Of a stretch of DNA of 58,566 bases, positions 1-9,913 are shown in pieces. Every line of letters starts with the position of its first letter. Position 1 is the stretch's first letter. The notes under the pieces were generated by a model. It was not told where the DNA came from, ran no database searches, and saw nothing but the letters and a program-made list of their open reading frames with translations. The position numbers and the translations under genes were made by a program. This DNA is from an uncultured Gammaproteobacteria bacterium (GTDB taxonomy: Bacteria > Patescibacteriota > Microgenomatia > JAMCZE01), in the NCBI GenBank assembly GCA_964431075.1, contig CAYSID010000001.1, positions 1-58,566 of the forward strand, given 5' to 3'.

Positions 1-137
1 ATATAAGCGCCAAGCCGGCCCCAAGATTAAAATTCCTTATCAGATCCCCCGCAGACCACGGGGTACATAGGCCACAAGTGTAAGAGCCGCAAGGTTTTGA
101 GCTTAGTGGTACTAATCGATCGAAGTCGCAATTTAAC
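1..137 (+). rRNA. rrl: 23S rRNA, 3'-terminal fragment (gene starts upstream of the window)
   Basis: ATAGGCCACAAGTGTAAGAGCCGCAAGG..GAGCTTAGTGGTACTAATCGATCGAAG parallels the conserved 23S 3' end (E. coli ATAGGCCGGGTGTGTAAGCGC...GAGCTAACCGGTACTAATGAACCGTGAGG). The 3' boundary is approximate. Confidence 0.8.
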
Positions 138-200
138 TGGTTATAAATAAACGACCTTTCTATTCACTTTTCTTTGAACAAGAAAAATAATAATTAAGTC

Positions 201-335
201 CGGAGATCTCTCGGTAACTCGTGCGGGGTGGAACCACTCTTTTCCATTTCGAACAGGACCGTGAAACGCTCCAGCGGGGACAATACTTGAGGGGCAACTC
301 TCCGGGAAAATACCTCGTTGCCGGGAGATCCCCGG
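201..335 (+). rRNA. rrf: 5S rRNA
   Basis: CCATTTCGAACAGGACCGTGAAACGCTCCAGCG matches the universal 5S core (CCGAACUCAGAAGUGAAACGCCGUAGCG). A terminal helix GATCTCTCGG / CCGGGAGATC is present. It lies ~60 nt downstream of the 23S end; ends are approximate. Confidence 0.8.
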
Positions 336-341
336 GCTTGA

Positions 342-1241
342 TTATTTCCCATGAAACTTCTCGTGGACCTCGCGAAGTTGTTTGTTAGTGACGTGGGTAT
401 AAATTTGGGTGGTGGCGACGTTTTTGTGTCCCAGCATTTCCTGCACCGAACGCAAATCCGCCCCGTTAATTAATAAATCAGTAGCAAAAGAATGTCTTAA
501 GGTATGCGGCGTGGCCGGAATAGGGAGACGGGCGAGACGGACATACTTGTCCACCAGCCGCTCGACACTGCGCCGGCTCAATCTTCTGTCAGCGGTTTGC
601 TTCCCTTTATAACTTATAAATAACGGTTTGAAGGGATCCTTCCCCCGGCGGGACAAGTATTTAGCGACGTAATCACAAGCTGACTGGGACAAAAACACCA
701 CCCTGGCATGGCCGCCTTTACCAATGACCCCAAACTCCCGTTTTTCCAAATTTATTTTATCCACGTCAAGTTTGCAAAGTTCTGAAACCCGCAAACCGGT
801 GGAAAACAACATTTCCAAAATTGCCCGGTCTCTTAAACCAATTTCGGTGGCTAAATCCGGAGCTTTTAATAATCGATCCAACTGGTCTTTATCCAAAAAT
901 TTTATCGCCCGGTCAGACATTTTCCCAAGCTCGATTTGATCCGCCGGCATGGTTTTATAATTAACCTTGGCCAGATACTTTAAAAACGCCCGAATGGCAA
1001 TAAAAAAATAGTTCTGGGTTGACCGCGCCAGATGGCCTGTACGACCATTTTCTTTGCGAGAGATATATAGTCTATACTCTCGAATCAGTTCCGGGGTTAT
1101 CTTATCCCGTTTCCCCATAAATCCCTGAAATTCTCTGAGGTAATAACCATAGTTGGTGATCGTCCCGGGAGCCAGATTTTTATCGATCTCACAGTACTCT
1201 AAAAAATCCAAAATAAGCTCATTTAAGGTCTTCTCCGCCAT
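342..1241 (-). CDS. Tyrosine recombinase, XerC/XerD family
   Basis: 299 aa. C-terminal catalytic signature HTLRHSFATDLL...LGHKNVATTQIYTHV, and an N-terminal core-binding domain (LILDFLEYCEIDKNLAPGTITNY). Confidence 0.85.
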   Translation of the reverse strand: MAEKTLNELILDFLEYCEIDKNLAPGTITNYGYYLREFQGFMGKRDKITPELIREYRLYISRKENGRTGHLARSTQNYFFIAIRAFLKYLAKVNYKTMPADQIELGKMSDRAIKFLDKDQLDRLLKAPDLATEIGLRDRAILEMLFSTGLRVSELCKLDVDKINLEKREFGVIGKGGHARVVFLSQSACDYVAKYLSRRGKDPFKPLFISYKGKQTADRRLSRRSVERLVDKYVRLARLPIPATPHTLRHSFATDLLINGADLRSVQEMLGHKNVATTQIYTHVTNKQLREVHEKFHGK

Positions 1242-1902
1242 AATTTATAGGATAGGGTAGCATTTTATGTATCTAAGATCAAATGATAGTCCTATAGTAG
1301 GGGATTAAGACCGGATAATAGCCGGAGAATAATAAGAAAAATAATTTCTCCTAAAAGTCGAAAGGGGTGAAACATAAAGTTTTTAAAGTTTCAACTTTTA
1401 AACTTCAAAGTGACAAGGTCTCTACCCCGATCGTGCTTACTTGCGTCGCAAAAGATACATTTTGTGACGTAGGATATGGTTTGTTCTCTGGGTAAAGACC
1501 CCCCTTATTTTTTCACCCGGAGCCTTTTAAAAAGAGAACAATTCTTTATCTCTTGGAGAGTTTAACGTTTATAAAGTTTAAAGTTTAAAAAAATCGTCTA
1601 CTTATACTTTAAACTTTACGCTTTAAACCAGCTGGAAAAACCCCTTCTCCTTCCCAAAATGTTATCCACAGCCTGTATTAGGTGCTATTTAGCGCTTTAA
1701 ATCAATCTAAACTATTAATTTTGTGCTCAATCCATAGCCGATTGATCACTTAACTCCCTTTGAATAAAGAGCATATTAACGCCCCATACTCCAAAATTCA
1801 TGCCTAGCTTTCGGGTTTTTTTTGTTTATGGGATAAAGCAATTCGCAGTCTGTGATACAGAGTGATATATTACAACTATAGGTCTTTGTGAAAACTACTT
1901 CT

Positions 1903-2727
1903 CTACCCTTTCCACGCGGCAGTAAAAATTATTAAAATTAAAATAACAACCGTAACAACAATAAATTCGCGGATTGTCGCCAAGAAAAGCCGTTCGGAAA
2001 GATAGTATTGGGCTAATCCGGCAAGAACGTAGATCGCCGCCGTCAGAAACAGCGACCAGACAACAACGGTCAGAGGCCAAAACGAAGTCACCCAGGCAAT
2101 TTGAGCGACAATAAGGGCAAAAACCGCTGAAAAAATTATGACCCTCTTCCCTATTGTTTCCTCAAGATTTATGGCCCACAGGTTAACAAAAAATATCGGA
2201 AGCGAAATAATAAAGACCAAAATGAAGTTATAAAAACTTGAAAGATGAAAACTGGCAACCACCTGGAACAAAAAGGCCGCGCTTAGAAGGGCGACAATAA
2301 AACCGACGGTATGAGCAGCCCGAAGAAGCTGGATAGTACGCAGAGAAGCAACGTTGTATATGTTGCCGCACAACATGGCGGCATAATAAGCTACGGCAAA
2401 GATGGCCAAAAAAATCAGCCGAAGCCCAAGACTAAAAATAAGTCCGGTATCATGGGATACTTCCCAGATCAGAAAACTGTCAAAATTGGCCGGCAAGAGC
2501 GGAAAGGTTAACGCCGCGGAAATTGCGAATAAGGCCGGTAAGGCCGGGATCATCAGCCGCTTAACCCCTTTTAAGTCTGGGTCCATGAGGCCCCACAACG
2601 AAAGTCCCCCTGCGGCCAAAGCGTAAAACAAAACCCTATACCGCCACTGCAAAAATGGATACCGTATGGCCACAATTCCTAATGCTAGAATTATTGTTGC
2701 AATGATAAACTTTTGCCGCTTGCTCAT
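1903..2727 (-). CDS. Multi-pass integral membrane protein, unknown function
   Basis: 274-aa ORF made almost entirely of hydrophobic helices. Its start overlaps the ruvC stop by 4 bp. No recognisable motif. Confidence 0.6.
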   Translation of the reverse strand: MSKRQKFIIATIILALGIVAIRYPFLQWRYRVLFYALAAGGLSLWGLMDPDLKGVKRLMIPALPALFAISAALTFPLLPANFDSFLIWEVSHDTGLIFSLGLRLIFLAIFAVAYYAAMLCGNIYNVASLRTIQLLRAAHTVGFIVALLSAAFLFQVVASFHLSSFYNFILVFIISLPIFFVNLWAINLEETIGKRVIIFSAVFALIVAQIAWVTSFWPLTVVVWSLFLTAAIYVLAGLAQYYLSERLFLATIREFIVVTVVILILIIFTAAWKG

Positions 2728-3200
2728 TTTGAGGTTTTTATATAATGGGTTATCGCAATCGCCAACCCATCTGCCGCATCATCCGGCTTAATAATTTTCT
2801 TCATTTTCAGATGCCGGCGCACCGCTTCCTGGATCTGTTTCTTATCCGACCGACCAAAACCGGTCACCGCAAATTTGACAGACAACCCCTGATATTCTAC
2901 GACCGTTTTGACTTGATTATAAGCCGCGGCAAGTAGGATCACTCCCCTCGCCTGCCCGACCGCGATCGCCGTTTTGGCATTTATACCAAAAAATAGACTT
3001 TCAACCGCTAAAACATCAGGCTTATGTTTCGCAAATAATTTGTTCATTTCTTCGTATAAAAACAGAAGCCGCTCGTGCATCGGAGTTTCTATCTCCGTCT
3101 CAAGACATCCTGAAGTAATGTATTTTAACGACTGCGGGCTTGCCTCGACCAGGCCGAAGCCCAGGCGGGCCGTCCCCGGATCAATCCCTAAAATCAACAT
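2724..3200 (-). CDS. ruvC: Holliday junction resolvase RuvC
   Basis: 158 aa. N-terminus MLILGIDPGTARLGFG and overall length and layout are typical of RuvC. Confidence 0.85.
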   Translation of the reverse strand: MLILGIDPGTARLGFGLVEASPQSLKYITSGCLETEIETPMHERLLFLYEEMNKLFAKHKPDVLAVESLFFGINAKTAIAVGQARGVILLAAAYNQVKTVVEYQGLSVKFAVTGFGRSDKKQIQEAVRRHLKMKKIIKPDDAADGLAIAITHYIKTSK

Positions 3201-3218
3201 GAGGTTATGATAGCAGAT

Positions 3219-3476
3219 TTAGACCGTGTAATCCACAATCGATCCCCCAAGATTTTCGATGCAAAAATTTGCTCCAGCAAAACATGATGTGCACTTTGTA
3301 ATTCGTGCTCTGCCTTTTTTTAAAGCTTCAATTTTAATTTTCTCAACTATAGGAATTTCCAAATCCACATTAATCCAGGTGCCACATGTTGCACATTGCC
3401 TTAGATTGCCCTGTCCCGCTTCAGCTTTTCTAACTCTTTCTTGCTCAACCATTTGCCGAAGATTCATAACAAACAC
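3219..3476 (-). CDS. Small Cys-rich (putative zinc-ribbon) protein, unknown function
   Basis: 85 aa with two CxxC pairs (CATC, CTSC). No family recognised. Confidence 0.4.
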   Translation of the reverse strand: MFVMNLRQMVEQERVRKAEAGQGNLRQCATCGTWINVDLEIPIVEKIKIEALKKGRARITKCTSCFAGANFCIENLGGSIVDYTV

Positions 3477-3521
3477 AATGTAAATAATTTATATGGCGTT
3501 TGTAAACTATGTCTTTTTGTA

Positions 3522-4175
3522 TCAGAAACGATCGGTTACCGCATTGCAATAGACATTTTGGACATCGGCGAGATCGCTTAATTTTTCCAAAAACTCACCC
3601 GCCGGAGCTTTGACCATCGTCTCTTTATTAGGCCGGAAAATAAGTTCCGCCGAGATTATCTTCAGGGACTTCGCCAATTCTTCTTTAACGCGATGCAGAT
3701 CTTCCGGTCTGGTGTAAACCGAGCTTCCTTCCACATCCTCGGCGCCAGCTTCCAGCGCTTTCTCAAAAACATTATCCCCCTCAACCTCAATCTCGCCAAG
3801 ACGGGTAAAGAGATAGTCGGTTTTTCCCATCACCCCGCCGTTTTTGGCAAAAAAAGCCTTAATCTCCTGCGAGGTTCTGGTGGTATTGTCGGTTATGGTT
3901 TCGATTATTACCGCGACATTGTTCGGTCCAAACCCTTCAAAAACAGCCCCTACGAGACTCCCCTCCGCTGGCGAGGTGGCGCGATCAATCGCCCGCTGAA
4001 TTTTATCCTTGGGCATGTTCGCTTCACGTGCTTTTTCAATTAAGGCCGCGGGGTTTTGTTGATTTTTGACAGCAATAGTTATGGCGTTAGCCAGTTTAGT
4101 AAAAATTGCCCCTCGTTTGGCATCTGCCGCCCCCTTGGCGTGTTTTATCGTTGACCACTTCGAATGCCCGGACAT
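3522..4175 (-). CDS. yebC: YebC/PmpR family DNA-binding transcriptional regulator
   Basis: 217 aa. Canonical N-terminus MSGHSKWSTIKHAKGAADAKRG..FTKL. Confidence 0.9.
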   Translation of the reverse strand: MSGHSKWSTIKHAKGAADAKRGAIFTKLANAITIAVKNQQNPAALIEKAREANMPKDKIQRAIDRATSPAEGSLVGAVFEGFGPNNVAVIIETITDNTTRTSQEIKAFFAKNGGVMGKTDYLFTRLGEIEVEGDNVFEKALEAGAEDVEGSSVYTRPEDLHRVKEELAKSLKIISAELIFRPNKETMVKAPAGEFLEKLSDLADVQNVYCNAVTDRF

Positions 4176-4217
4176 ACGGCTATTGTAGTTTTAAAGACGA
4201 TCCATTACAATACCGCG

Positions 4218-4976
4218 ATGCAAAGCGACGCCAACAGTGCCATTCGAGCAGCGCTTGACGGCGACTGGGACGAGGCCATTAAACTAAATAAGGAAATATT
4301 AAAAACCACTCCCAACGACCTTGAGGCTCTGAACCGCCTGACCCGATCTTACATCGAAAAAAATCTCAAAAATCAAGCCCTGAAAAGCGTTCGCCAGGCC
4401 CTCAAGATCGATCCGTACAACCAAATCGCCCTTAAATTGAAAGCTAAAATCTCTTCCGGACGATCGGCAAAAATTTCCCGGTTGGAAAACTATGCCACCA
4501 TTTCCGCCTTCATCGAGGAACCGGGCAAAACCCGGTCAGTTGTCCTTATAAACTGCGCCTCGCCCAAAAAAATCGGTTGCGCCGAGTGCGCCCAAGGGCT
4601 GCAGCTTATTCCCAAACGTCACACCGTCCACGTTTGTGACTGTGACGGCAATTATTTAGGAATGCTTCCTGATGATCTGGGAAAACGACTCAATCTTCTT
4701 ATCAAAGGCGGTAACAGTTACCAGTGTTTTGTTAAAACCGTCGGGAGCAAAGACCTGACCGTCTTCATCAGAGAAACCACCCAGGCAAAAAAATACCGGG
4801 ATATCCCGTCGTTTCCGTCAAAGATCTCCATGGATCATATTTCCGACCACGCTGATGAAATTTTGGCGGAAGAAGAAAAGAAGGGGCAAAAAACCAAAAA
4901 AACTGAAGATGAAGAAGACGATGAAGGTCCGCCCTCTTCCAAAACTATTCATCAGGATGAGGAACCCGAAGAATAA
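4218..4976 (+). CDS. TPR-like repeat protein with acidic C-terminal tail
   Basis: The ATG at 4218 is preferred over the ORF-track start, which overlaps yebC. Helical repeat N-terminus (AIRAALDGDWDEAIKLNKEILK..LEALNRL) and an E/D/K-rich tail. Confidence 0.6.
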   Translation: MQSDANSAIRAALDGDWDEAIKLNKEILKTTPNDLEALNRLTRSYIEKNLKNQALKSVRQALKIDPYNQIALKLKAKISSGRSAKISRLENYATISAFIEEPGKTRSVVLINCASPKKIGCAECAQGLQLIPKRHTVHVCDCDGNYLGMLPDDLGKRLNLLIKGGNSYQCFVKTVGSKDLTVFIRETTQAKKYRDIPSFPSKISMDHISDHADEILAEEEKKGQKTKKTEDEEDDEGPPSSKTIHQDEEPEE

Positions 4977-5952
4977 GGGAGAGATCAGCCCGGCCCGCCT
5001 CTTTACCCATTAACTTGCAGCCAAAAATTTGGGCGATCCGGCTGGCTGTCAGCGAAGCCTTAACAGCTTTGACCTCGCATTCCCCGACCGGATATTCGGT
5101 GTTGGCCACGCTAACCACCGCCAGACCCATATTCGCCAAAATCCGGGCGGCCTTATTTCCCAATCCGAGCACTGTCCCGGCGTTTAAAACCTCAATTTTT
5201 AAATTTTCAGCCTGTAACCTATTCTCCCCGAACAAACCTGCGGAAAGAAAGTCAAATTTCTGCTGGTCTACCATCTTCACCGATTCACCGCTTTCCAAAA
5301 CTAATTCGGTAAGGTAGTGATTTAAGTCCAACGATTTTATCTTGTCCGGCCGCAGCTCGTAAAAATTTTTGATGACAGTAAATAAATCGTAGTAATTAAA
5401 GCTGGTCTCTTTACCGGTATTTATCTCTAAATTATTTATGAATCCGTCAACGGGAACACCAAGCAGGTCAGTAATGGTGGCCATAAGAACTTTCCCCCCC
5501 CGTTTGTCAAGCTCCCCAAGACTGTAAACCGCCTTCAATTTGTACAGCCCATAACCGTAAGCTGTTTGAACGGAAATATCATCGGGCAGACTGATTTTAA
5601 CTGCGGTTTTATCATCGGTGTTTATGGAGTAAAAAATCAGGGGATTTAAGATTAAAAAATTCAACCGCGACGAATTTAAAAACACGGAGGCTTTATATTG
5701 GGAATAAACGCCAAAACCCAAAAAACCGGCAACGATTGCTGTCGCCAACAAAAAAATCGCCCTGAACGGAAACCGCCTAGAAGCTGTCTTTTTTCTTCCC
5801 ACGGCTAATAACAACAGGCTGCGTGAAGGTGTAGCCGGTGAAGCCGCCACTATTCTGCCGGGCGGCCTTTTTAGCTTGTTCTTCTTTAGACATTTTTTTG
5901 TTTTTTTTGTTATTGAAATCTCCAAACATTCCCATACAGCTAATTTAACCAC
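4945..5952 (-). CDS. LytR/CpsA/Psr (LCP)-like membrane-anchored protein with LytR_C-like C-terminus
   Basis: 335 aa. Basic N-terminus plus one TM helix. The central region resembles an LCP fold (ISLPDD..YKLKAVYSLGE..LMATITDLLGVPVDGFI). The C-terminal block KIEVLNAGTVLGLGNKAARIL is LytR_C-like. Start is uncertain. Confidence 0.55.
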   Translation of the reverse strand: MVKLAVWECLEISITKKTKKCLKKNKLKRPPGRIVAASPATPSRSLLLLAVGRKKTASRRFPFRAIFLLATAIVAGFLGFGVYSQYKASVFLNSSRLNFLILNPLIFYSINTDDKTAVKISLPDDISVQTAYGYGLYKLKAVYSLGELDKRGGKVLMATITDLLGVPVDGFINNLEINTGKETSFNYYDLFTVIKNFYELRPDKIKSLDLNHYLTELVLESGESVKMVDQQKFDFLSAGLFGENRLQAENLKIEVLNAGTVLGLGNKAARILANMGLAVVSVANTEYPVGECEVKAVKASLTASRIAQIFGCKLMGKEAGRADLSLILRVPHPDE

Positions 5953-7118
5953 GATTCTTTTAATTTTGCAAACGTTCTGTTTTGAATCGCTTCACGAATT
6001 GATTTCATCAGCCGCGTCATAAAATAAACATTGTGGATTGTGGCTAATCTATACGCCAATAATTCATGACTTCGAAATAAATGGTGTAAATAGGCCCTAG
6101 TAAAATTTTGGCAAGTGTAACATAAGCAGTTTTTATCAATCGGTTTAGAATCTACTTTAAACTCGGCTTTATTAATATCTAAATTATTATTTTTAATAAG
6201 AACCCTGCCGTGACGGGCGATTCTTGTGGGCTCGACGCAATCAAAAAGGTCCACTCCCCGACTGACAGCTTCCAAAATATCTCCAACAGCGCCGATGCCC
6301 AACAAATGTCGCGGTTTTTCCGGGGCTAAATACGGGTAAATCCAGTTCAAAATTTCACACATTTTTTCTTTGGAAACCAACGCTCCGCCTATGCCCACTC
6401 CAAAAAAGTCATTATTTGAAACAAATTTTGCCGATTCAATTCTCAAATCCTCAAATGGGCCACCCTGTATTACTCCGAACATGTTCTTACTCTTAGATAC
6501 CTTAAGCGACCTAAGTTCCCATCGATGCGACCTTTCCATGCTCGTTTTGGTGTAATCATAATTATGAAGAGGAGACGTACATTCGTCCAAGGCCACGATA
6601 AGATCAGCCCCGAGCTTTATTTGCACCTCGACACTCTTTTCCGGCGGGAAGAAATGGGCCGATCCGTCAAGGTGGGATTGAAACGTCGGCCCTTCTTCTT
6701 CAACTTTGCAAAGCTTAGTTCTAATGGCAACCTCCCTAACATCCCTGACCTCCCCAATCGTCAACTTTTCTCCATAAAGATTGACAATTTTCCCCACCTC
6801 ATGCTCTATTCCAAACCCCAAACTAAAAACCTGAAACCCGCCGGAGTCGGTTAAAATCGGCCCGTCCCAACCCATAAATTTATGCAGCCCCCCAAACTTG
6901 GCAATCGTCTCCGCCCCGGGCCGTAAATAAAGGTGATAGGTATTGGCCAAAATCATCCCAACCTCCCCGACTTCCCTTAAATCCCTGACGTCTAACGCTT
7001 TTACCGAAGCTTGCGTCGCCACCGGCAAAAACGCCGGCGTTTCCACATCGCCTTGCGGAGTTTTTAACACTCCCGTCCGGGCTTTTTTGTCAGTTGTAGT
7101 AATCCTAAAGGAGGCCAT
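5940..7118 (-). CDS. tgt: tRNA-guanine transglycosylase (queuine tRNA-ribosyltransferase)
   Basis: 392 aa. RTGVL.TP.G.VETPAF.PV, LTDSGGFQVFSL, and zinc site CLCYTCQNFTRAYLHHL. Confidence 0.92.
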   Translation of the reverse strand: MASFRITTTDKKARTGVLKTPQGDVETPAFLPVATQASVKALDVRDLREVGEVGMILANTYHLYLRPGAETIAKFGGLHKFMGWDGPILTDSGGFQVFSLGFGIEHEVGKIVNLYGEKLTIGEVRDVREVAIRTKLCKVEEEGPTFQSHLDGSAHFFPPEKSVEVQIKLGADLIVALDECTSPLHNYDYTKTSMERSHRWELRSLKVSKSKNMFGVIQGGPFEDLRIESAKFVSNNDFFGVGIGGALVSKEKMCEILNWIYPYLAPEKPRHLLGIGAVGDILEAVSRGVDLFDCVEPTRIARHGRVLIKNNNLDINKAEFKVDSKPIDKNCLCYTCQNFTRAYLHHLFRSHELLAYRLATIHNVYFMTRLMKSIREAIQNRTFAKLKESWLN

Positions 7119-7277
7119 TTGGGTAATTATATTTAATTTCTTTGGTTTTTATTTATAAATTTCTCAGCAAAATCCAAAAAATCACCGAATTTTATAACCA
7201 AAATAGCCACCAATGTTGATAAGGGCCAATACCCAGCCTTTTCAGGTTTTTTTGTCGATTCATGTCTTGACATAGGC

Positions 7278-7598
7278 CTATTTTATCACTTTTCCCGCCA
7301 ATTTTGTCAATAACTCACTATCATCATCCCCCGCCACGCGGTTTAATCTTTCGAACCCGCATTTTTCACAGCGATGCAAAATAGTAAATTCCCCGCGACT
7401 TTTCGTCATAACCCCCACCGCCCTCATTACCACCCGGCAATTGTTAGCTCGATCCCCCGGTACCGGCCCATCAACGTGTTTACTAACTAAACAAAACGGG
7501 CAATGGTTGCGGTAGGAACCACCCCATTTAATCGGCTCAACTCTTTTTCGACAGTTATCACAAATAAATCCGTCATTTCTGGCGATAAATTTAGGCAT
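7278..7598 (-). CDS. RNHCP domain-containing protein
   Basis: 106 aa. SYRNHCPFCLVSKHVD matches the RNHCP signature, flanked by further CxxC pairs (CDNC, CEKC). Confidence 0.7.
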   Translation of the reverse strand: MPKFIARNDGFICDNCRKRVEPIKWGGSYRNHCPFCLVSKHVDGPVPGDRANNCRVVMRAVGVMTKSRGEFTILHRCEKCGFERLNRVAGDDDSELLTKLAGKVIK

Positions 7599-9231
7599 AT
7601 AGGCGGGATTTTACTTCCCCAAGTTTTTTCTCCCGTTCCAGCAGAAACCACTTGCGGTCGGCCGCGTGTTCGTGGATAATCCGGGTAATACTTGCCCCCT
7701 CAAGATCGGTAGGTAAGGATACGTAATGAGCCCCCCGCTCGTAAAGTTTGGCCGCTTGAGCCAAATCCTCGGCAGTTAAAATAATAACTGCCCTGGACTG
7801 TATTTTTTCCAAATAATCCAAAACCGCCAAATTATCCTTCAAATCCCGGACCGTTGAGACGACCAAATCAGCCTTGATTAGATTAAGGCTTTCTAAAACC
7901 TCAAGATCGGCCGCGTCGCCGTAGACGCAATTTATAGCCTTACTATTCAACTCTTCGACCACATCGGGGTTAAAGTCCAAAACCACGACATCCTCGCCGA
8001 AAATCGGCTTCAAACCATGCAGAATAATCCCTCCCGCCCGATGGCAGCCAATAAGGACGGCATGGTTCTCCAATGGTTTGGTTTGAGCGGTTTCCGCAAC
8101 TTTTACCTGCCGCTCCAGTTTCTTTAACGGCCGGCGTAGAAACTGGTAAAGCCTGCGGGAATGAGTCATTAGAAACGAGGAGATAATAAATGAGGAAACG
8201 GCGGCAAAAATAACCGGCGACATTAAACCGGAATCCACCAGACCATTTTTAGAAGCTGCGGCAAGGACGATGAGAGAAAACTCGGAAATAGAGGAAATCA
8301 AAACCGCAGTTTGGAATGAAGCATGGCTGCGAAAGCGCATGAAATTTAACAGCAAATAAAAAATTAAGGGCTTTACCACCACCGCAAAAATTAACAATGT
8401 CAGCGCCAAACTTATCTGATCGCGCACACCGGAAATGGACAAACCGGTTCCCAAATCAAGAAAAAAGATCATGATAAAAAAGTCCCGCAGAGGTTTTATT
8501 TTTCCGGAAATCTGAATCCGATACAATGACTGGGCCAAGGAAACGCCCGCCAGAAAAGCCCCAATCGCCAAAGAAAATCCGGCGAAAATGGAGAGAGAAA
8601 CAAATAATAAACACCAACCGATGGCGGTCAGAAACAAAAGTTCTCCTGATTGGGCGCAGGCATTAAATACTCGGGGCAAAAATTTCTTGCCGGCAATCAA
8701 GGATAACCAGATAAGAAAAACCCCCTTAATAATTAAGGCGGGCAAAGAACCTCCAAGTGACAGCCCCATGAGAAAAATCACCGCCAGCAAATCTTCAATC
8801 AAAAGCGACCCCACGGCAATTTTCCCGTGAAGCGAGGATAGTTCCTTTTCTTCCAGGAGAATTTTAACAACCAAGATCGTGCTGGAAAAAGCGGTTACAA
8901 AAGCAATAATCCCGTGACCGGTCAGAAAAAATAGAGTTATAGTGGTAATTGCCACCTGCCCCAAAGTCACCAAAATTATGTTTTTGCCGAGTTTGCGAAA
9001 TTCCCTCAAATCAAGCTCCATGCCGACCAGAAACAGCAAAAAGGCCAAGCCGACTTCGGGTAAAATCGCCAAAAACTCAAGCTGTTCCGGCTTGACAAGG
9101 TGAAAAGCGGATAATAACGCTCCGGCCAGAATATAGGCGATAAGAATCGGCTGCTTAAATTTGGAGACAACAAGGGCTAAAATGCTGGCAATTGCGATAA
9201 CCAGAGTCAGAAGATATATCTCACTCGCCAT
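7591..9231 (-). CDS. Cation:proton antiporter (Kef-type) with C-terminal RCK/TrkA-N domain
   Basis: 546 aa. Multi-pass Na+/H+-exchanger-like N-terminal domain, then a Rossmann-like VLIGCHRAGG...VVVLDFNPD domain. Confidence 0.8.
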   Translation of the reverse strand: MASEIYLLTLVIAIASILALVVSKFKQPILIAYILAGALLSAFHLVKPEQLEFLAILPEVGLAFLLFLVGMELDLREFRKLGKNIILVTLGQVAITTITLFFLTGHGIIAFVTAFSSTILVVKILLEEKELSSLHGKIAVGSLLIEDLLAVIFLMGLSLGGSLPALIIKGVFLIWLSLIAGKKFLPRVFNACAQSGELLFLTAIGWCLLFVSLSIFAGFSLAIGAFLAGVSLAQSLYRIQISGKIKPLRDFFIMIFFLDLGTGLSISGVRDQISLALTLLIFAVVVKPLIFYLLLNFMRFRSHASFQTAVLISSISEFSLIVLAAASKNGLVDSGLMSPVIFAAVSSFIISSFLMTHSRRLYQFLRRPLKKLERQVKVAETAQTKPLENHAVLIGCHRAGGIILHGLKPIFGEDVVVLDFNPDVVEELNSKAINCVYGDAADLEVLESLNLIKADLVVSTVRDLKDNLAVLDYLEKIQSRAVIILTAEDLAQAAKLYERGAHYVSLPTDLEGASITRIIHEHAADRKWFLLEREKKLGEVKSRLYA

Positions 9232-9913
9232 GGAATAAGTTTAGCACGTTTTGTAAATCAGCGGGCAACGGACTCTCATAGGTTTTGCCTAAAATGGTTA
9301 ATGATGCCGCGTGCAGGAATAACCGCGGGCAGAATTTGAGGTCTTCACGAATTTGCTTTCTCCCCCCATAAATCGGATCGCTAACTATTGGGTGATTAAT
9401 ATATTTCATATGAACCCTTATTTGATGGGTTCGACCGGTTTTTGGTTGTACCTCTAATAAAGTAAACTGCATTCCTGTATGCCTGCATATCTGTATAGCT
9501 TTATAGATGGTTTCGGCCTCCCGTCCTCCCGGAAACACCCCAAAACGTGTCCGGTTAAAGGGATTCCGTCCAATTGGGACATTAACCGTTCCGGATGGCG
9601 GTTCTACCGCCCCGTGAACTAAAGCATAATATTTTTTTATTGTTTCCCTGTTTTGAAACGGCAACTTTAATTTACTGTAACTTTCGGGGGTTTTGGCAAT
9701 CACTAAAACCCCAGACGTGTCTTTGTCTAAACGATGGACAATCCCCGATTTTTCATAAAATTCGGTTTGGGAATTTGGAATTTGGAATTTGGAATTTAAC
9801 CAGTCCTGTATTGTCTCTTGATTTTTTGTCGTCTCGGCATTATTAACGGTAATCCCCCACGGCTTATCAACAACTAAAAGACTTTCGTCCTCAAAAATTA
9901 TTTTTACATCCAT
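9221..9913 (-). CDS. RluA-family pseudouridine synthase (no S4 domain)
   Basis: 230 aa. Catalytic HRLDKDTSGVLV and GRTHQIRVH motifs. Contains the 7-bp tandem repeat at 9770..9797. Confidence 0.88.
   Translation of the reverse strand: MDVKIIFEDESLLVVDKPWGITVNNAETTKNQETIQDWLNSKFQIPNSQTEFYEKSGIVHRLDKDTSGVLVIAKTPESYSKLKLPFQNRETIKKYYALVHGAVEPPSGTVNVPIGRNPFNRTRFGVFPGGREAETIYKAIQICRHTGMQFTLLEVQPKTGRTHQIRVHMKYINHPIVSDPIYGGRKQIREDLKFCPRLFLHAASLTILGKTYESPLPADLQNVLNLFHGE
9770..9797. repeat. Tandem repeat (GGAATTT)x4 inside the rluA-family coding sequence
   Basis: Four perfect 7-bp units read directly. They are translated as KFQIPNSQ. Confidence 0.9.

Noticed and set aside
1662-1670. A perfect DnaA box TTATCCACA as evidence that this is oriC.
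   Set aside because: I found only one consensus box in the region and no dnaA/dnaN nearby. It is kept as a low-weight component of the 1242..1902 finding, not called as an origin.
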